Below, in pieces: positions 31,252 to 44,400 of a stretch of 64,000 nt of DNA. This stretch comes from Octopus vulgaris (Eukaryota). The position numbers were made by a program, and so were the translations under genes. The first letter of the stretch is position 1, and the number at the start of each line of letters is the position of its first letter. The notes beneath the pieces were generated by a model, which was not told the origin of the DNA, ran no database searches, and was given only the letters and a program-made list of their open reading frames with translations. Location of the stretch: positions 71,672,001 to 71,736,000 of the forward strand of contig OX597832.1 in assembly GCA_951406725.2 (NCBI GenBank), given 5' to 3'.

Positions 31252-31980
31252 CTACATTCTCTGGAGGAACAAGCCGATACCGTCCAGTGTTGTTGGACAC
31301 TGGACGGATAGCCCTGTTAAATTGCTCGGATTCTGGTTTGGTCCAGACTCCCAGATGGAGAAGAATTGGAGCGAGGTAACGAGCAAGGTGGATGCCAATA
31401 GTACGGAAGTCGTCCTGAAAGCATCTTTTGTGGAAAGGAGGAAAGCCACTTGTGAGACGCTCCGTGTGTTGCCAGGAACCGCTAAAGATGGAGTGGGTTA
31501 ATGAGTGGGCCTTGGCTAATGATGCGCAAGCATGCGTTGAGGCTGAGACACCTCTGGTGTTACCTTGAGGATGATAAGGTGTGGAGTTCGCTGGAGGGAT
31601 TTACACCCGGTCTCATTAAAGGATGTAAACTGACTTCATGGCAGGAGTGCCGACAGGCACTCTGGCTGATCCACAAGATGGGCAAGGCCGGGAGTGGGAA
31701 TACAACCTCAGTATTCTATAAAGGGCTGGTAGAGGGAAAAAATGACGACGTCCTAGGAAGGGCTTTGGGGTTAGATGAGGATCAACTCTCCAACCTAATA
31801 AAAAGACTTTCAGGTCAGGGTATTTGGATAATTAGCAAAATCCCTGACCTGGCAGTGCTATAGGAATGCATTACCTGTTCGCGAGAAGTTATCCAGGCAC
31901 GGAATGTCAGTGCCACCGACGTGTCCAAGATGTGGGTTGGACGATGAAACCGTTTAGCACACTTTTGTACAATGGATAAA
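31252..31980 (+). mobile_element. L1/Tx1-clade LINE ORF2 C-terminal fragment inside the satellite array
   Basis: WRNKPIPSSVVGHWTDSPVKLLGFWFGPD..EKNWSEV, PWLMMRKHALRLRHLW, and zinc-knuckle-like CPRCGLDDETV*HTF. Confidence 0.75.
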
Positions 31981-33799
31981 TATTACTTGGATAACTCGAA
32001 TCACAAAAATTTTCAGAAAACAAACAAAATTGCATTTGAAATATTTTATTTTCTAAAAACTTTTGCAATATACTGCAAATAAAATCCTAAGGAAGGACAA
32101 AATTTGTTTAATTTTTATGCTTATTTGCATTATTTTGATACACTTATTTAAAGAAAATCACAAATTTTTAAAAACTATTTTGCATTATTTTGATGTGTTT
32201 TAAGGAAATTTTGATGTGTTTTAAGGAAATTTTGTGATTTGAGTGATCAAAATATGTAAACTTGATTAATAATATGATTATATATATATATATCACTCAA
32301 ATCTCAAAATTTTTACAAAACAGAATATTGAAATAAACATAAAGTGATTAATGTTTTTAGAAAACAAAATATGTACAAATATTCCCATTAAGTCCTAAAG
32401 AACAACAAAATACATGTTATTTTCGTCAGGATCATTAAGTAATGATATTGTTAATAAGCGTGCTAAGTGAATTTTTACAAATTTTGTTTACTGAAAACGT
32501 TTGAGATTTTAGTGATCTCTTGGATAAATATAGTCTTATCATCAATCAGTTAAATTTTTAGAAACAATTCAACAATAAATGAATATTAATTTATCTTCAT
32601 GGAAACAAATGAATATATTATATTCCTACTCCCATACTTCTACTGACAAACTTAAAAGTAATGAAAAATTCATAAATTTTTAAGTAGACATACACACATT
32701 ATCTCACTTTATATCCCATTTATACTGTATGAATCTTGTGTGATATGGAGCATTTTACAAGACTAATCTGATTTCTTCTGAATTTCACAATCAACAGAGT
32801 GCAAATGAAATGATTAAATTCAGGGTTTACATAGAAAATGGAAAGGCACTATTTACTATGTAATACTAGTTAATATAATGTGATATTTTAAGGTACATAA
32901 ACGAATTGGCGATGAGACGGAAAGAGAAAATTCATAGAGTAGTACAAGAAACATTGACTTTTGAGATTTTGTTACTTGTTCAATGATGTTCATTGGAATG
33001 TGGCCATGTTGGGGCACCAACTAGATAATTTAATGACATTTTATGCTTATTTGCAATATTTTGATACATTTTGTTTTGTGAAAATTTTACGATTTTAGTG
33101 TTCTATTGGATAAATATAATCTGGTTATCACTCAAATTACAAAATTTTTTTAAAACAAAATGTATCAAAATATTGCAAATAAGCATAAAATATGATTTAA
33201 TTTGTTGTTGCTTAGGACTTATTTGCAGTATTTTGACACATTTAGCAAAAGTTTTTAGAAAATAAAATATTGCAAGTAAGCGATGAGAAGTGAACAAATT
33301 TGTTGTTCTTTAGGACATTTGTTGTTCTTTTATGCTTATTTGCATTATTTTCATACATTTTGTTTTAAGAAAATTTTGTGATTTGAGATCTCTTGTTAAA
33401 TGATTGATAACAACATCAAGTCCAAGACTTACATCAAGTCCAAGAGATCATTAAATCTCAAAATTTTCAGTAAACAAAATATTACAAGTCCTAAACAACA
33501 AATTTGTTCAATTTTTATGCTTATTTGCAATATCTTGATAAATTTTGAGATTTCAGTGATTAACCGATTTAATATATTATGTATATCCAATATACATAAT
33601 ATTATCAATCGGTTAACATATTTAGCAAAGAGATAACTCAAACCACAAAATGTTCATAAAACAAAATTTATCAAAATATTGCAAATAAGCATAAAAAGGG
33701 AACAAATTTATTGTTTAGGCCTCTTTCCAATATTTTGACACATTTTGTTTTAATGTGTTACCTCCTTTTATATTTATCAAAAATGTCTTTAATATAAAA

Positions 33800-34590
33800 T
33801 GTAAGAGAGGTAACTCAAGGAGATATCCTTGCATACATTTTGTTTTATGAAAATGTTTGAGCAACCCCTCTTCTATCGGTCTCCTTTGCCGAACCACTAG
33901 TTTACGGGGACGTAAACACACCAGCATCGGGTGTCAAGCAATGTTGTTGGCAGAAACACCCACCCACACGAACAGTAAATGTCGTAACTATACAATCGAC
34001 GGGAGGTAACTCAAAAAGATATTCTAGAGTAACCTTACATATTTTGATTCGTTTGGTTTTGTGAAAAAGCTTGGGCAACACCTTTTCTCACGCAAATCGA
34101 CCCAGGAATTATTCTTTCTAAGCCTAGTATTTATTCGATCGGACTCCTTTGCCGAACCGCTAAGTTACGGGGACGTAGACACACCAGCATCACACAAACA
34201 CACACAAACACACATTAAATGTAAAATGTCAGGGAGGTCCATTAGATTTTATAGTTACGAAATTGTTTCATTCATTTCACTGTGCCCATGCTGGAGCAAT
34301 GCCTTTTTTCAAGCAAATCTACCCCAGGACTTATTCTTTCTAAGCCTAGTATTTATTCTATCGGTCTCATCTGCCGAACCGCTAATGTTACGGATACGTA
34401 AACACACCAGTATCGGTTGTCAAGCGATGTGTTGGTGCCACAAAAAAACACACACAATAATTGTCGTATGTATAAAATCTAAGAAAGGTAACTTAAAAAG
34501 AGTTATCTCCCTTACGTATTTTGTTACGTTCTGTTTTGTGGAAATGCTGGAGCAACTGATCCCAGGAAATATTCTTTCTAAGCCTTTAAA
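33800..34590. repeat. Tandem chimeric units containing family-B SINE 3' fragments
   Basis: aggtaact..acat/gtattttg..gaaa..g(a/g)gcaac at ~33806, ~34003, ~34486 alternating with ggtctc..gccgaaccgctaag..cgtaaacacaccagca. Confidence 0.7.
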
Positions 34591-34596
34591 GTATTT

Positions 34597-37483
34597 GATA
34601 TTATTTTCATTATTTTTGTCTGTATTCATTATTTTTGTATTTTTGTATTGTCTGTATTCATTATTTTTGTCTGTATACCTTATCATAGTTTAAATATTTC
34701 TAACATTTTTTAATATTAATATTTATTATTTACTTTTTCTTATTTTTATTTTCATTTCATTTTTATATTTTATTATTTTATTTATATTTTTATTTATATT
34801 TATTTTATTTTTATTTTATTTTTTTGTTTTTTTTAATTTTTAAAAAAGTTTTTCTTCTTCTTATTTTTATTTTTATTTATACTTTTATTTTATTTTTATT
34901 TTTCGTTTTTATTTTTAATTTTATTTATATAATTTTTTTTAGTATTATTTTTCTTATTTAAAAAGAAATTTTTTTTTCATTTTTATTATTATTTTTTACT
35001 TTATTTTTAATTTAATTTTTAATTTTTATTTTTATTTTTATTTTGAATTTTATTTTCATTTTAATTTTAATATTTATATTTAATTTTATTTTTATTTTTA
35101 TTGAATTTATTTATTTTATTTTTTAAAATTTTATTCTTATTCTTATTCTTATTATTTTTATTTTTATTTTTATTTTTTAAAATTTATATAATTATTTTTT
35201 TAAATTATTATTTTATCTTTATTTTTATTTTTATTTTTATTTTTTATTTTTATTTTTATTTTTATTTTTAATATTATTTTTATATTAATATTTATTTTAA
35301 TTTTAATTTTATATTTTTTTATTCTTATTTTGTTTTTATTCTTATTCTTCATTTTATTTTTATTTTTATCTTATTTTTTTAAATTAAAATTTTTATTTTT
35401 ATTATTTTTTTTATTTAATGAAATTATTTTTTAAATTCTAATTTTGATTTTTATTAATTTTTATTTTCATTTTTATTTTTTATTTTTAATTATTTTTTTT
35501 ATTTTTAATATTATTTTTATTTTTATTTTTACTTTTATTTTTATTTTTTTATTTTTATTTTAAAAAAATTTTTTTTACTTTTATTTTTATTTAAAAAAAT
35601 TTTTGTTTATTATTATTTTTTCTTTTATTTTTTTCTTTTACTTTTTTATCTTTTTATTTTTTATTTTTTTTTCATTTTTACTTTTCATTTTTATTTTTTT
35701 TTTTTTCATTTTTATTTTTTATTTTTATTTTTTTTCATTTTTATTTTTTATTTTAATTTTAGCTTTAATTTTGATTTTTACTTTTATTTTTATTTTTATT
35801 TTTTTTCATATTTTTCAATTTAATTTTTTTTATTTTTATTTTTTATTCCTATTTTTTTATTTTTTATTTTTTATTCCTATTTTTATTTATTTATTTTTTA
35901 CTTATTTTTTTTAATTCATTTTTTATTTATTTTTATTAACATTTTTATTTTTATTTTTTTATTTTTATTTTAATTTTAATTTTATTTTTATTTTTATTTT
36001 TTATAATTATTTTAATTTTATTTTTTTAAAATTTTGATTCTAGTTTCAGCTCATGAGCTGTGGCCATGCTGAGGCACCGCCATTTAATTTTTTAAAATTT
36101 CATTTTAATTTTAATTTTTATTTTCATTTTTATTTTTATTTTTTATTTTAATTTTAATTTTAATTTTAATTTTTACTTTTATTTTTATGTTTATTTTTTT
36201 TTTTTGTTTTTATCTTTATTTTTAAAAAAATTTTTTCATCTTTTATTTTTTTTTTTACATTTATTTTTTATTCTTGCTTTTATTTATTTATTTTTATTTT
36301 TAATTTTCTTTATTTTTTTAAATTTTTATTTTCATATTTATTTTTATTTTTATCTTTATTTTTATATTATTTTTTTTTCATTTTTTGTTATCTATTACTA
36401 TTTTTTTAAATTCTTGTTTTATTTTTACTATTATTTTTATTTTCATTTTCATATTTCTTTTTCATTTTTATTTTATTTTATTTTATTTTTTGTTATTGTT
36501 ATTTTTATTTTTATTTTTATTTTTTTATTTTTTAAATTTTATTTTTATTTTCATATTTATTTTTATTTTTTATTTTAATTTTTACTTTTATTTTTATTTC
36601 TATTTTTATTATTATTTTATTTATTTTTATATTTATTTTTATTAAAATAATTTTTTTATTTTTATTTTAATTTTTTATATTTATTTATATTCTTATTTTT
36701 ATTTTTATTTTTATTTTTCATCGTTTTTTATTTTATTTATTTTTTTTATTGTTACTTTTATTTATTTATTTTTATTTAAAAAAAATTTTTTGTGTATTTT
36801 TTATTCTTATTTTTTTAATTTTTATTTTATTTTATTTTTATTTTATTTTTATTTTTATTTTTATTTTTATATGTATTTTTATATTTATTTCGTTTTTTAT
36901 TTTTGGGGTTTTTATTTATTTATTTTTTTTTCTCATTTTTTTCCTATTATTATTTTTTAAAATTCTTTTTTATTTTTACTATTATTTTTATTTTTATTTT
37001 CATATTTCTTTTTCTGTTTCTTTTTTTTCTTTTTTTAATATTTTTTTCTTTTTTAATTTTTTTATTGTTATTCTTATTTATATTATTTTTTTATTCTTTT
37101 TATTTTTTTCTCATAAGGTAAAAAAAAGTTTATTTTTATATTTATTTTTTTTTTAATTATTTTTATTTTAATTTTTTTTTTTTTAATTTTTATTATTATT
37201 TTTATTTTTATTTTTATTTTTATTATTTTTATTTTTAATATTATTTTAATTTTAATTTTTTTTAAGTATTTGTAAAAATTTTTTATTATTTTTTTATTAT
37301 TATTTTTATTTTTATATTTATTGTTATTTTTATTTTTATCATGATTTTTATTATTATTTATTATTTAATATTATTATTATTATTATTACTATTTTTATTA
37401 TTTATTATTTATTATTTATTATTTAATATTTATTTTTCATTATTATCATTATTATTAATATTGTTTTTTTATTCATTATTGTT

Positions 37484-37516
<33 letters not shown>

Positions 37517-38000
37517 TATTATTTATTATTTAATATCATTATTATTATCATTTACTATTTATTATTTATTATTATTATTATTTATTATTTATTATTATTA
37601 TTTATTATTTATTATTTAATATTATTATTATTATTGTTTATTATTTATTATATATTATTATTATCATTTATTAGTTTTATATAATATTAATATTATTATA
37701 ATTTAATATTATCATTATTTTTATTATTTATTATTTATTATTTATTATTTATTATTATTATTGTTATTATTTAATATTATCATTATTATTATTATTTATC
37801 ATTTATTATTTATTATTATTATTGTTATTATTTATTATTTATTATTTATTATCATTATTATTATTATTATTTATCATTTTTATTATTAATATTTATTAAT
37901 ATTATTATTATTATTTATTTTTTATTATTATTATTATTATTATTTATTATTTATTATTTATTATCAGTATTATTATTATTAGTAGTATTATTATTAAATG
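34597..38000 (-). repeat. T-rich low-complexity block including the inverted copy of the A-rich unit and (TTA)n tract
   Basis: ctcataaggtaaaaaa, atttcgttttt, catcgtttt, ttatcatgatt in mirrored order at ~36090-37436. Confidence 0.9.
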
Positions 38001-38282
38001 AAGATATTAACGCTCGCACACACACACGCACACACATATATCGGACAGACTGTCAAAAATACTGAAAGATTTAATCGATAAGGGAATCTCCAGCTCAATG
38101 AGAGCTCATGCCCAGATATTCTCAGAAAATAGGAAAATCACATACACTATCATTAATGGCCGATTTTGAGTTCTGTCGATTTACCAAGAACAGCCAGAAT
38201 TCACATTATTAGATCAAGTGCTATTTGTAATTGGGGCTGATAATTTAAGCAATTGGTTTGGCATTTAAATTTCGTTTTATTA

Positions 38283-38397
<115 letters not shown>

Positions 38398-39435
38398 AAT
38401 TCTATCTATATATATATATATAGCGATGGAATTTCCATTCATCACTTAGGCTCTATTGCCTTTTAGTCTCTGTTTATGCAGCTGGGTATTTAACACAAGC
38501 TTATTCTTGAGGTGCCGGGCTTATTTAACTCTTAGGCGACATCAGAGCATGTCCTCTCACGACTTCGGGCTTAAGTGATGCATGTCTAATGGCCACTGGT
38601 CCATGTTTTTGTGAGCATTATGCATAAGAGCATCTTCTGCTATTTGATTCATAACTTGGGCTCTTGGCAGGTCTTGCCAGCCGGGATCAGACCGAACTCG
38701 GGAACAGTGGTGACAAAGGAATAATGCTGTGTTCCCCAAAGCTTAATGGTGTCTATTGATTTGTCATTTTTTTTCTGACGCATAAATATCTTTCTGCCTC
38801 AATCTGAGGATATTTTAGTGGCATATTTAATACCTATAGCTAGAACTATTGACATAAACTGTTTAAATTCCATGGTATGTTGCACGGAGAGAAGTTTGAG
38901 AAGAGTTCATCATGTATAGATATTTCTTAAAGTATTTCAGTGAGGCTTGTCAAAACAAAACAAAAAAAAACAAAAAAGAAAAGAAAGAAAAAAAAAGAAA
39001 ATATGGATAAGTAAGAATGCTCCTGGCAAGATTCTTAGCTACAGTTTCTTATTGGTCATATTCCCTCCCCCCCCACATGGTATTAATTATAGAATATGAC
39101 GGTTAATAATAGAATATTATAGGTGTTAACTTATACATATATTCCACATCTTTCATAAAAAAGATATGGAATATTGTTATAAATTTTGGGTTCAAGGACA
39201 ATTTGAGAATAAAATATTGATGACATCAATCACAGATTCTCCCAGCCGTAAGTCTTTATTCTCTTTATTCTCCTTCCCGGAAGTAGTTATTTGTGGGAAA
39301 TGCCTATCCGCCTCTAGCTATTTATGTATGTATGTAGGCATGTGTGAATGTATGTATGTATGCAAATATGTATGTATGTATGTATGTATGTATAGATGGA
39401 TGGATGTATAGATGTATGGATGGATGGATGGATGT

Positions 39436-39876
39436 AAGCATAAAAAAGTGATCAAAATTGCTAATTAAAATTTGTTGTTTTTAGTAATTATTTGCAATAT
39501 TTTGACACATTTTGTAGCCTGAAAACATTTGACATTTTAGTGATCTCTTTGATAAATATAATCTTATTATCAATCAGTTAACTTATATTTACCCAAGAGA
39601 TCACTCGAGTCACAAATGTTTTCAGAAAACAAAATGTGTCAAAATATTGCATATAAGCATAAAAATGTGAACAAAATTGCTAATTCATATTTGTTGTTTT
39701 TTAGTACTTATTTGCAATATTTTGACATATTTTGTAGCCTGAAAACTTTTGACACTTTAGTGATCTCTTTAATAAATATAATCTTTCAATCTGTTAACTT
39801 ATATTTACCCAAGAGATCACTCAAGTCACAAAAGTTTTCAGAAAACAAAATGTGTCAAAGTATTGCAAATAAGCAT
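39436..39876 (+). repeat. Two clean monomers (219 and 216 bp) of the palindromic repeat
   Basis: AAGCATA anchors at 39436, 39655, 39871; each monomer = inverted ~65-bp arms alternating with two different spacers. Confidence 0.9.
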
Positions 39877-39879
39877 AGA

Positions 39880-42496
39880 AACCTAGGAAACATGAAATGA
39901 AGTGGTGATGACTTCAGTCATGAAAGAGATGATGGAAGCCAGGATTTATATCAACTTTTAAATCTCTCATATATTTTATTCCTGTTAAGTAACCACTTTC
40001 ACCTCACTTTGTTATCCTTTCATTTAATCACTTACCTTCTATCCATGCCATACACAACACTACCACCAACAACTTCATTGCAGCTGCTGCTGTCACTACT
40101 ACCACCACTGCTGCCACTACCTTGTACTCTAATTTCACTCCCTATGCAATGAGAGGTAGTACTGGATCTACCTATGTTCAACACCTTCCAACATCACCTT
40201 TCTTAACTACTAGCCATTGGACTCCCTTCTCTCTCTTCCTCTCCTATAAGCATTGAAATACGAGACAAAATAATGACAATAACTACCGCTTTATTCCTTT
40301 CAGATACACTATTTACAACTAATCTCACCACTTTAGACTATATCCTATGTTGCAGTGTCTTTTCAAAAGATGATGCATGCACTTCTGTAAGATCCACTTT
40401 CTGACATATCATAAAAGAGAAGCCGATCTCCATCTTTCTGTCCATCACAAGAAATATGTGAAGGAAAAAAAAACGGTGGAGATAACTATGTCACTAGGTA
40501 TATTTACAAGGAGGGAAGAAGGAGTGAAGAAGAAGTTGTTGATGAACGAGAAATACAGTGTGTGTGTTAGTATTTGCATGAAAGATAGATAGACAGACAG
40601 TTTTCTCACCATAGTAAGTTTTGAATAAGTGCAAATCTATCAACACAATGCAACACAACTTTCACTACATAACAATAAAGATAGTTATTGCGTGTGTGTG
40701 TGTGTCTGTGTGAATGTGCTTGTGTGTGTTTCTGTATGTCTTTCAACACAGAGATGATACAACACTGACTTTTAAAAGATTTTCACTTCACCACTAAAAT
40801 GACAGGCTGTTGTAGATGATAAGAATGAGAGAAAAAGAATTAAAATCTGTTTCAAGAAAAAAAAAACAGGTTGTTGTTGATCAGACAAACATTGTGTGTA
40901 AGAGAGAGCGTCACCTCTAATTACATGTTGACAACACTAGAAAGGTTGAGTGTCACATATAATACAGTACAGTTCACATATTTGGGATAATTTTACTATA
41001 TCATCTCACATAGAGACATATACTAAGGAACACTATTCAGTTGACCGACAAAGATTCACTACAGCCATTACTTTAAAAATGTAATTTTTTTTTATATCAC
41101 CAGCTTTTCTATTACAGTTGTTAAGTACTTAAACACTAGTGCCCAAACCCATCAATGTTTTCTGCACTGCACCTACCCCTTTGTTCCACAGGCCACCAAC
41201 AATAATTGTTTTGTTAATATCTTCTGTTCCAATCCTGTTCCAGATTTCATACTCTACATCAGAATAATACTCTGTTTTCCCTCCTGTTTCTTTATACTTT
41301 GGTGTCAAAGGGGCATTTCATTACAATACATAGTTTCTTCTTGCCAATAACTACAATATCTGGCTTGTTGTGTTCTTTTCCTTTGGTTTCTAAAGAAAAG
41401 TTCCACCTCACTTTATTATTTTTGCACTCGTTTCTGTGCATGCAAAACTGAATTTCTTGACAAAATTCCAGTGAATTATCGCAACAATTTTATCACGCTC
41501 ACGCTGTTTGTATTCGTCTTATCTAACTCTATACATTCTAATACAATGTAAACAATTGTTTCTTCTGACTCATTACACATTCTGCATTTGGGAGTGCAGT
41601 CTAGTTAATCTGTCAGCTCTTGGTCCAATTTAATCATAGGAAATATACCTGTGCTTGTTTTGTATAATTGGCAGAGAAGAGTGTAATTACAAACAAGATA
41701 GGAGAGAGGCTGTTACCTTGAAAGTTTCTGCTAATCTTTTCCTTCTGATGTTAAACTCTTACTCTCCAATCTTGTTATTGCATTTTCTATTAGGCACTGA
41801 ATGCTTTTTAAGATTTTGAACAATTCTAGAAAAGAAAAAAATAGAAAAAATGGGTGTGGGGAAAGGCAGTTAATAATTGGTGTTGAGGAATTGCTGAAAG
41901 AGATAGACAAATTTATGCATCTAATAGATCAATTATTGAAAAATATATGACTTAGTTGCACACTTGTGGATCAAGCCCACCACATTGTTTGACTCAGGAC
42001 CTGTTTTGTCAAATAGATGAAGTGTGAAAAAGCACATTTAACAAATAGTGAACACACCCGTTGTTTAACAGGTACATGTGATGTACCTGTTAAAACAATC
42101 TTTTGCACTTCATGTATGGATGGTAAGCCAATGGTCATCATCACATAATTCCTTTTTTGAAAAATTTAAGTGCTCCCACAATTACTGGTAATGTAACCAT
42201 CTTCAGATGCCACATTTTTTCAATTGCAATGAGCAAATTTTTATATTTTCTAGCTTGTCAAATTCTTTTGTCGAGACATGCAATCAATTAACAAACTTTA
42301 TTGTTTTGTTCTTTCACAACAATATCCAGTTTATTAGTTTTTATGGTTCTGTATGTATACTGGGAAGTTCTTAAAAATTGTTGTTACCATTCGACCATTT
42401 GTCAACAGTTTTGTATTTTTAATGCCGACATTACGTAAAACCAGTGTTGGCCAACTCTGTCATGTCTGGTGCTAAAACTTTTCATTCAGAAATTAA
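39880..42496 (+). repeat. Direct duplicate of 55003-58010
   Basis: Starts aacctaggaaacatgaaatg and ends cattcagaaattaa in both places; long stretches identical by eye, several internal deletions in this copy. Confidence 0.97.
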
Positions 42497-42643
42497 GTGG
42501 TCCATTGTTTCAATCTCATCATTGCAGAATTGGTACTTTGACTCTACTCCATTCATGGTTATTTTCAATATTATTATCATTAATGTTATTCTTTTTATTA
42601 TTATTATTGTTGTTGTTATTATTATTGTTATTATCATTATTAG

Positions 42644-42675
<32 letters not shown>

Positions 42676-42775
42676 GTATTAGTTATTAGTATTCTTTTAC
42701 TTTGTCTTTTTCTCATCATTATTTCTATTATCAATATTATCATTAGTCTTATTGTTATTATTAATAATATTGTTA

Positions 42776-42833
<58 letters not shown>

Positions 42834-42864
42834 CATTATTATTTTTTGTAATTATTATATTTAT

Positions 42865-43218
42865 CGAAGAGATCAATAAAATCTCAAAAGTTTTCAGAAA
42901 ACAAAATGTGTCAAAATATTGCAAATAAGTGCTATAAAACAACAAATTTGAATTAGCAGTTTTGTTCACTGTTTTATGCTTATTTGCAATATTTTGACAC
43001 ATTTTGTTTTCTGAAAACTGTTGTGATTTCGGTGATCTCTTGGGTAAATATGTTAACTGATTGATAATAAGATTATATTTATCCAAGAGATCACTAACAT
43101 CTCAAAAATTTTTAGAAAACAAAATGTGTCAAAATATAGCAAATAAGTACTAACAAACAACACATTTGAATTAGCAATTTTGTTCACTTTTTGTGCTTAT
43201 TAGCAATATTTTGACAGA
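42865..43218 (-). repeat. ~1.6 monomers of the palindromic repeat, inverted relative to 39436-39876
   Basis: Spacers read aacaacaaatttgaattagcagttttgttcac and gttaactgattgataataagattatatt, reverse complements of the spacers at 39440-39600. Confidence 0.88.
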
Positions 43219-43224
43219 TGTGTT

Positions 43225-43455
43225 AAGGTTGCATCTCCTTTGTGAAGAGGATTGGCCAGTCCCAGGTAAAATATATTCATGTTGGTGCCATGTTATAAGA
43301 ACCCAGCACACACTGTAAAGGTTTGGCATTAGCTGTAGAGATCAAGCCAAATCAGACTGGAGCCTGGTGCAGCTCTCCAGCTTGTCAGCTCTGGTGAAAT
43401 TGTCCAACCCATGTCAGCAAGGAAAATTGACATTAAAAGATGATGGTGATGATGC
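43225..43455 (+). mobile_element. Octopus RTE-LINE-related 3' end with (GAT)n tail
   Basis: cccagcacacactgtaaag..ccaaatcagactggagcctggtgcagctc..gtccaacccatg..gatgatggtgatgatg. Confidence 0.6.
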
Positions 43456-43624
43456 TTTGGTTGCTATTTCTAACAGAAATAAGAGATCTACTCCATTGTC
43501 TTAGGTCTCTCAGTCCTGAGAAGGAGTGGTGCAATCTACAAAATCAAACTCCGTATATAACTGGTACATGTTTGTATTTGTTCAGAGTGAAAGAAACTGA
43601 AATTGAAACTAAAGAGCAGAAACA

Positions 43625-43905
43625 AAATAGTTTTAGTTAGAGAATTGTTGGAGTGTCACACAAAATATCTTGTAGTTTTTATTCTGGATTTTTACATTTT
43701 GAGCTCAAATCCTGCTAAAGTCAAATTTTCCATATGGCCTGAAATTTGTTGGGGAAGCCAGATAACTGCACTGGCTCCAGTGCTTGGCTGGCACTTTATT
43801 TCAATGACCTCAAAAGAATGAAATACAACATTAACCTCAATGGTATTTGAACCCAGAACATTAGGAGCTGCCACAAACACCACTAAACACTTTGATTCCC
43901 AAAAA
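43625..43905. mobile_element. Two degenerate family-A SINE fragments in opposite orientation
   Basis: tttgagctcaaatcctgctaaagtcaa (+) followed by gaatgaaa..aacctcaatggtatttgaacccagaac (-). Confidence 0.55.
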
Positions 43906-44059
43906 ATTCTGCCTTTACTCTAACTAATATTGATGATAAAGATGTTCTATTTAAATGCCTTATTACTCTGATATAAAAAAGCAATTTTGTTATAACTGCC
44001 ACAAAAGGTGTATTTTCTGTTGTGAAAAAGTACAAAAAACTGTCAGCTGGAGGAGGGAG

Positions 44060-44400
44060 AGAATGTTAGAGGTTAGCAAGAGAGGTTTTCAGAGATTGGC
44101 CAGAAAGATTGTTGGAGGTTGGCGAGAGAGACTGTCGGAGGTTGACAAGAGAGACTGTTGGAGGTCATCGAAAGAGATTGTTGAAGGTCGTCAAGAGAGA
44201 TTGTTGGAGGTTGTTGAGAGAAGTTGTCAGAGGGAGATACATCTTTGTTCCAAAATGTTAGTCTTGCACAATGTTTTTTGGTTTTCGAGAGAGATTGTTG
44301 GAGGTTGTTGAGAGACGTTGTCAGAGGGAGAGACACCTTTGTTCCAAAATTTCAGTCTTGCAGGGCTTCATGATACACAATGTTTTTGGTTTTGCCGTTG
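44060..44400 (+). repeat. ~22-bp minisatellite plus a local ~90-bp duplication
   Basis: AGAGAGATTGTTGGAGGTTGTC-like unit repeated about 10 times; ctttgttccaaaat..agtcttgca occurs twice. Confidence 0.85.

Larger units (their letters stand above)
18655..33750. repeat. ~15-kb scrambled array of an internally palindromic AT-rich repeat (satellite/foldback-like)
   Basis: Dozens of copies, both orientations, of AAGAGATCACTCAAATCACAAAA and CTTATTTGCAATATTTTGACACATTTTG and their complements. Confidence 0.92.

Noticed and set aside
18655-33750. CRISPR-like reading of palindromic repeats with spacers
   Set aside because: Spacers are two recurring sequences rather than unique, periodicity is irregular, context is eukaryotic and no cas genes are present.
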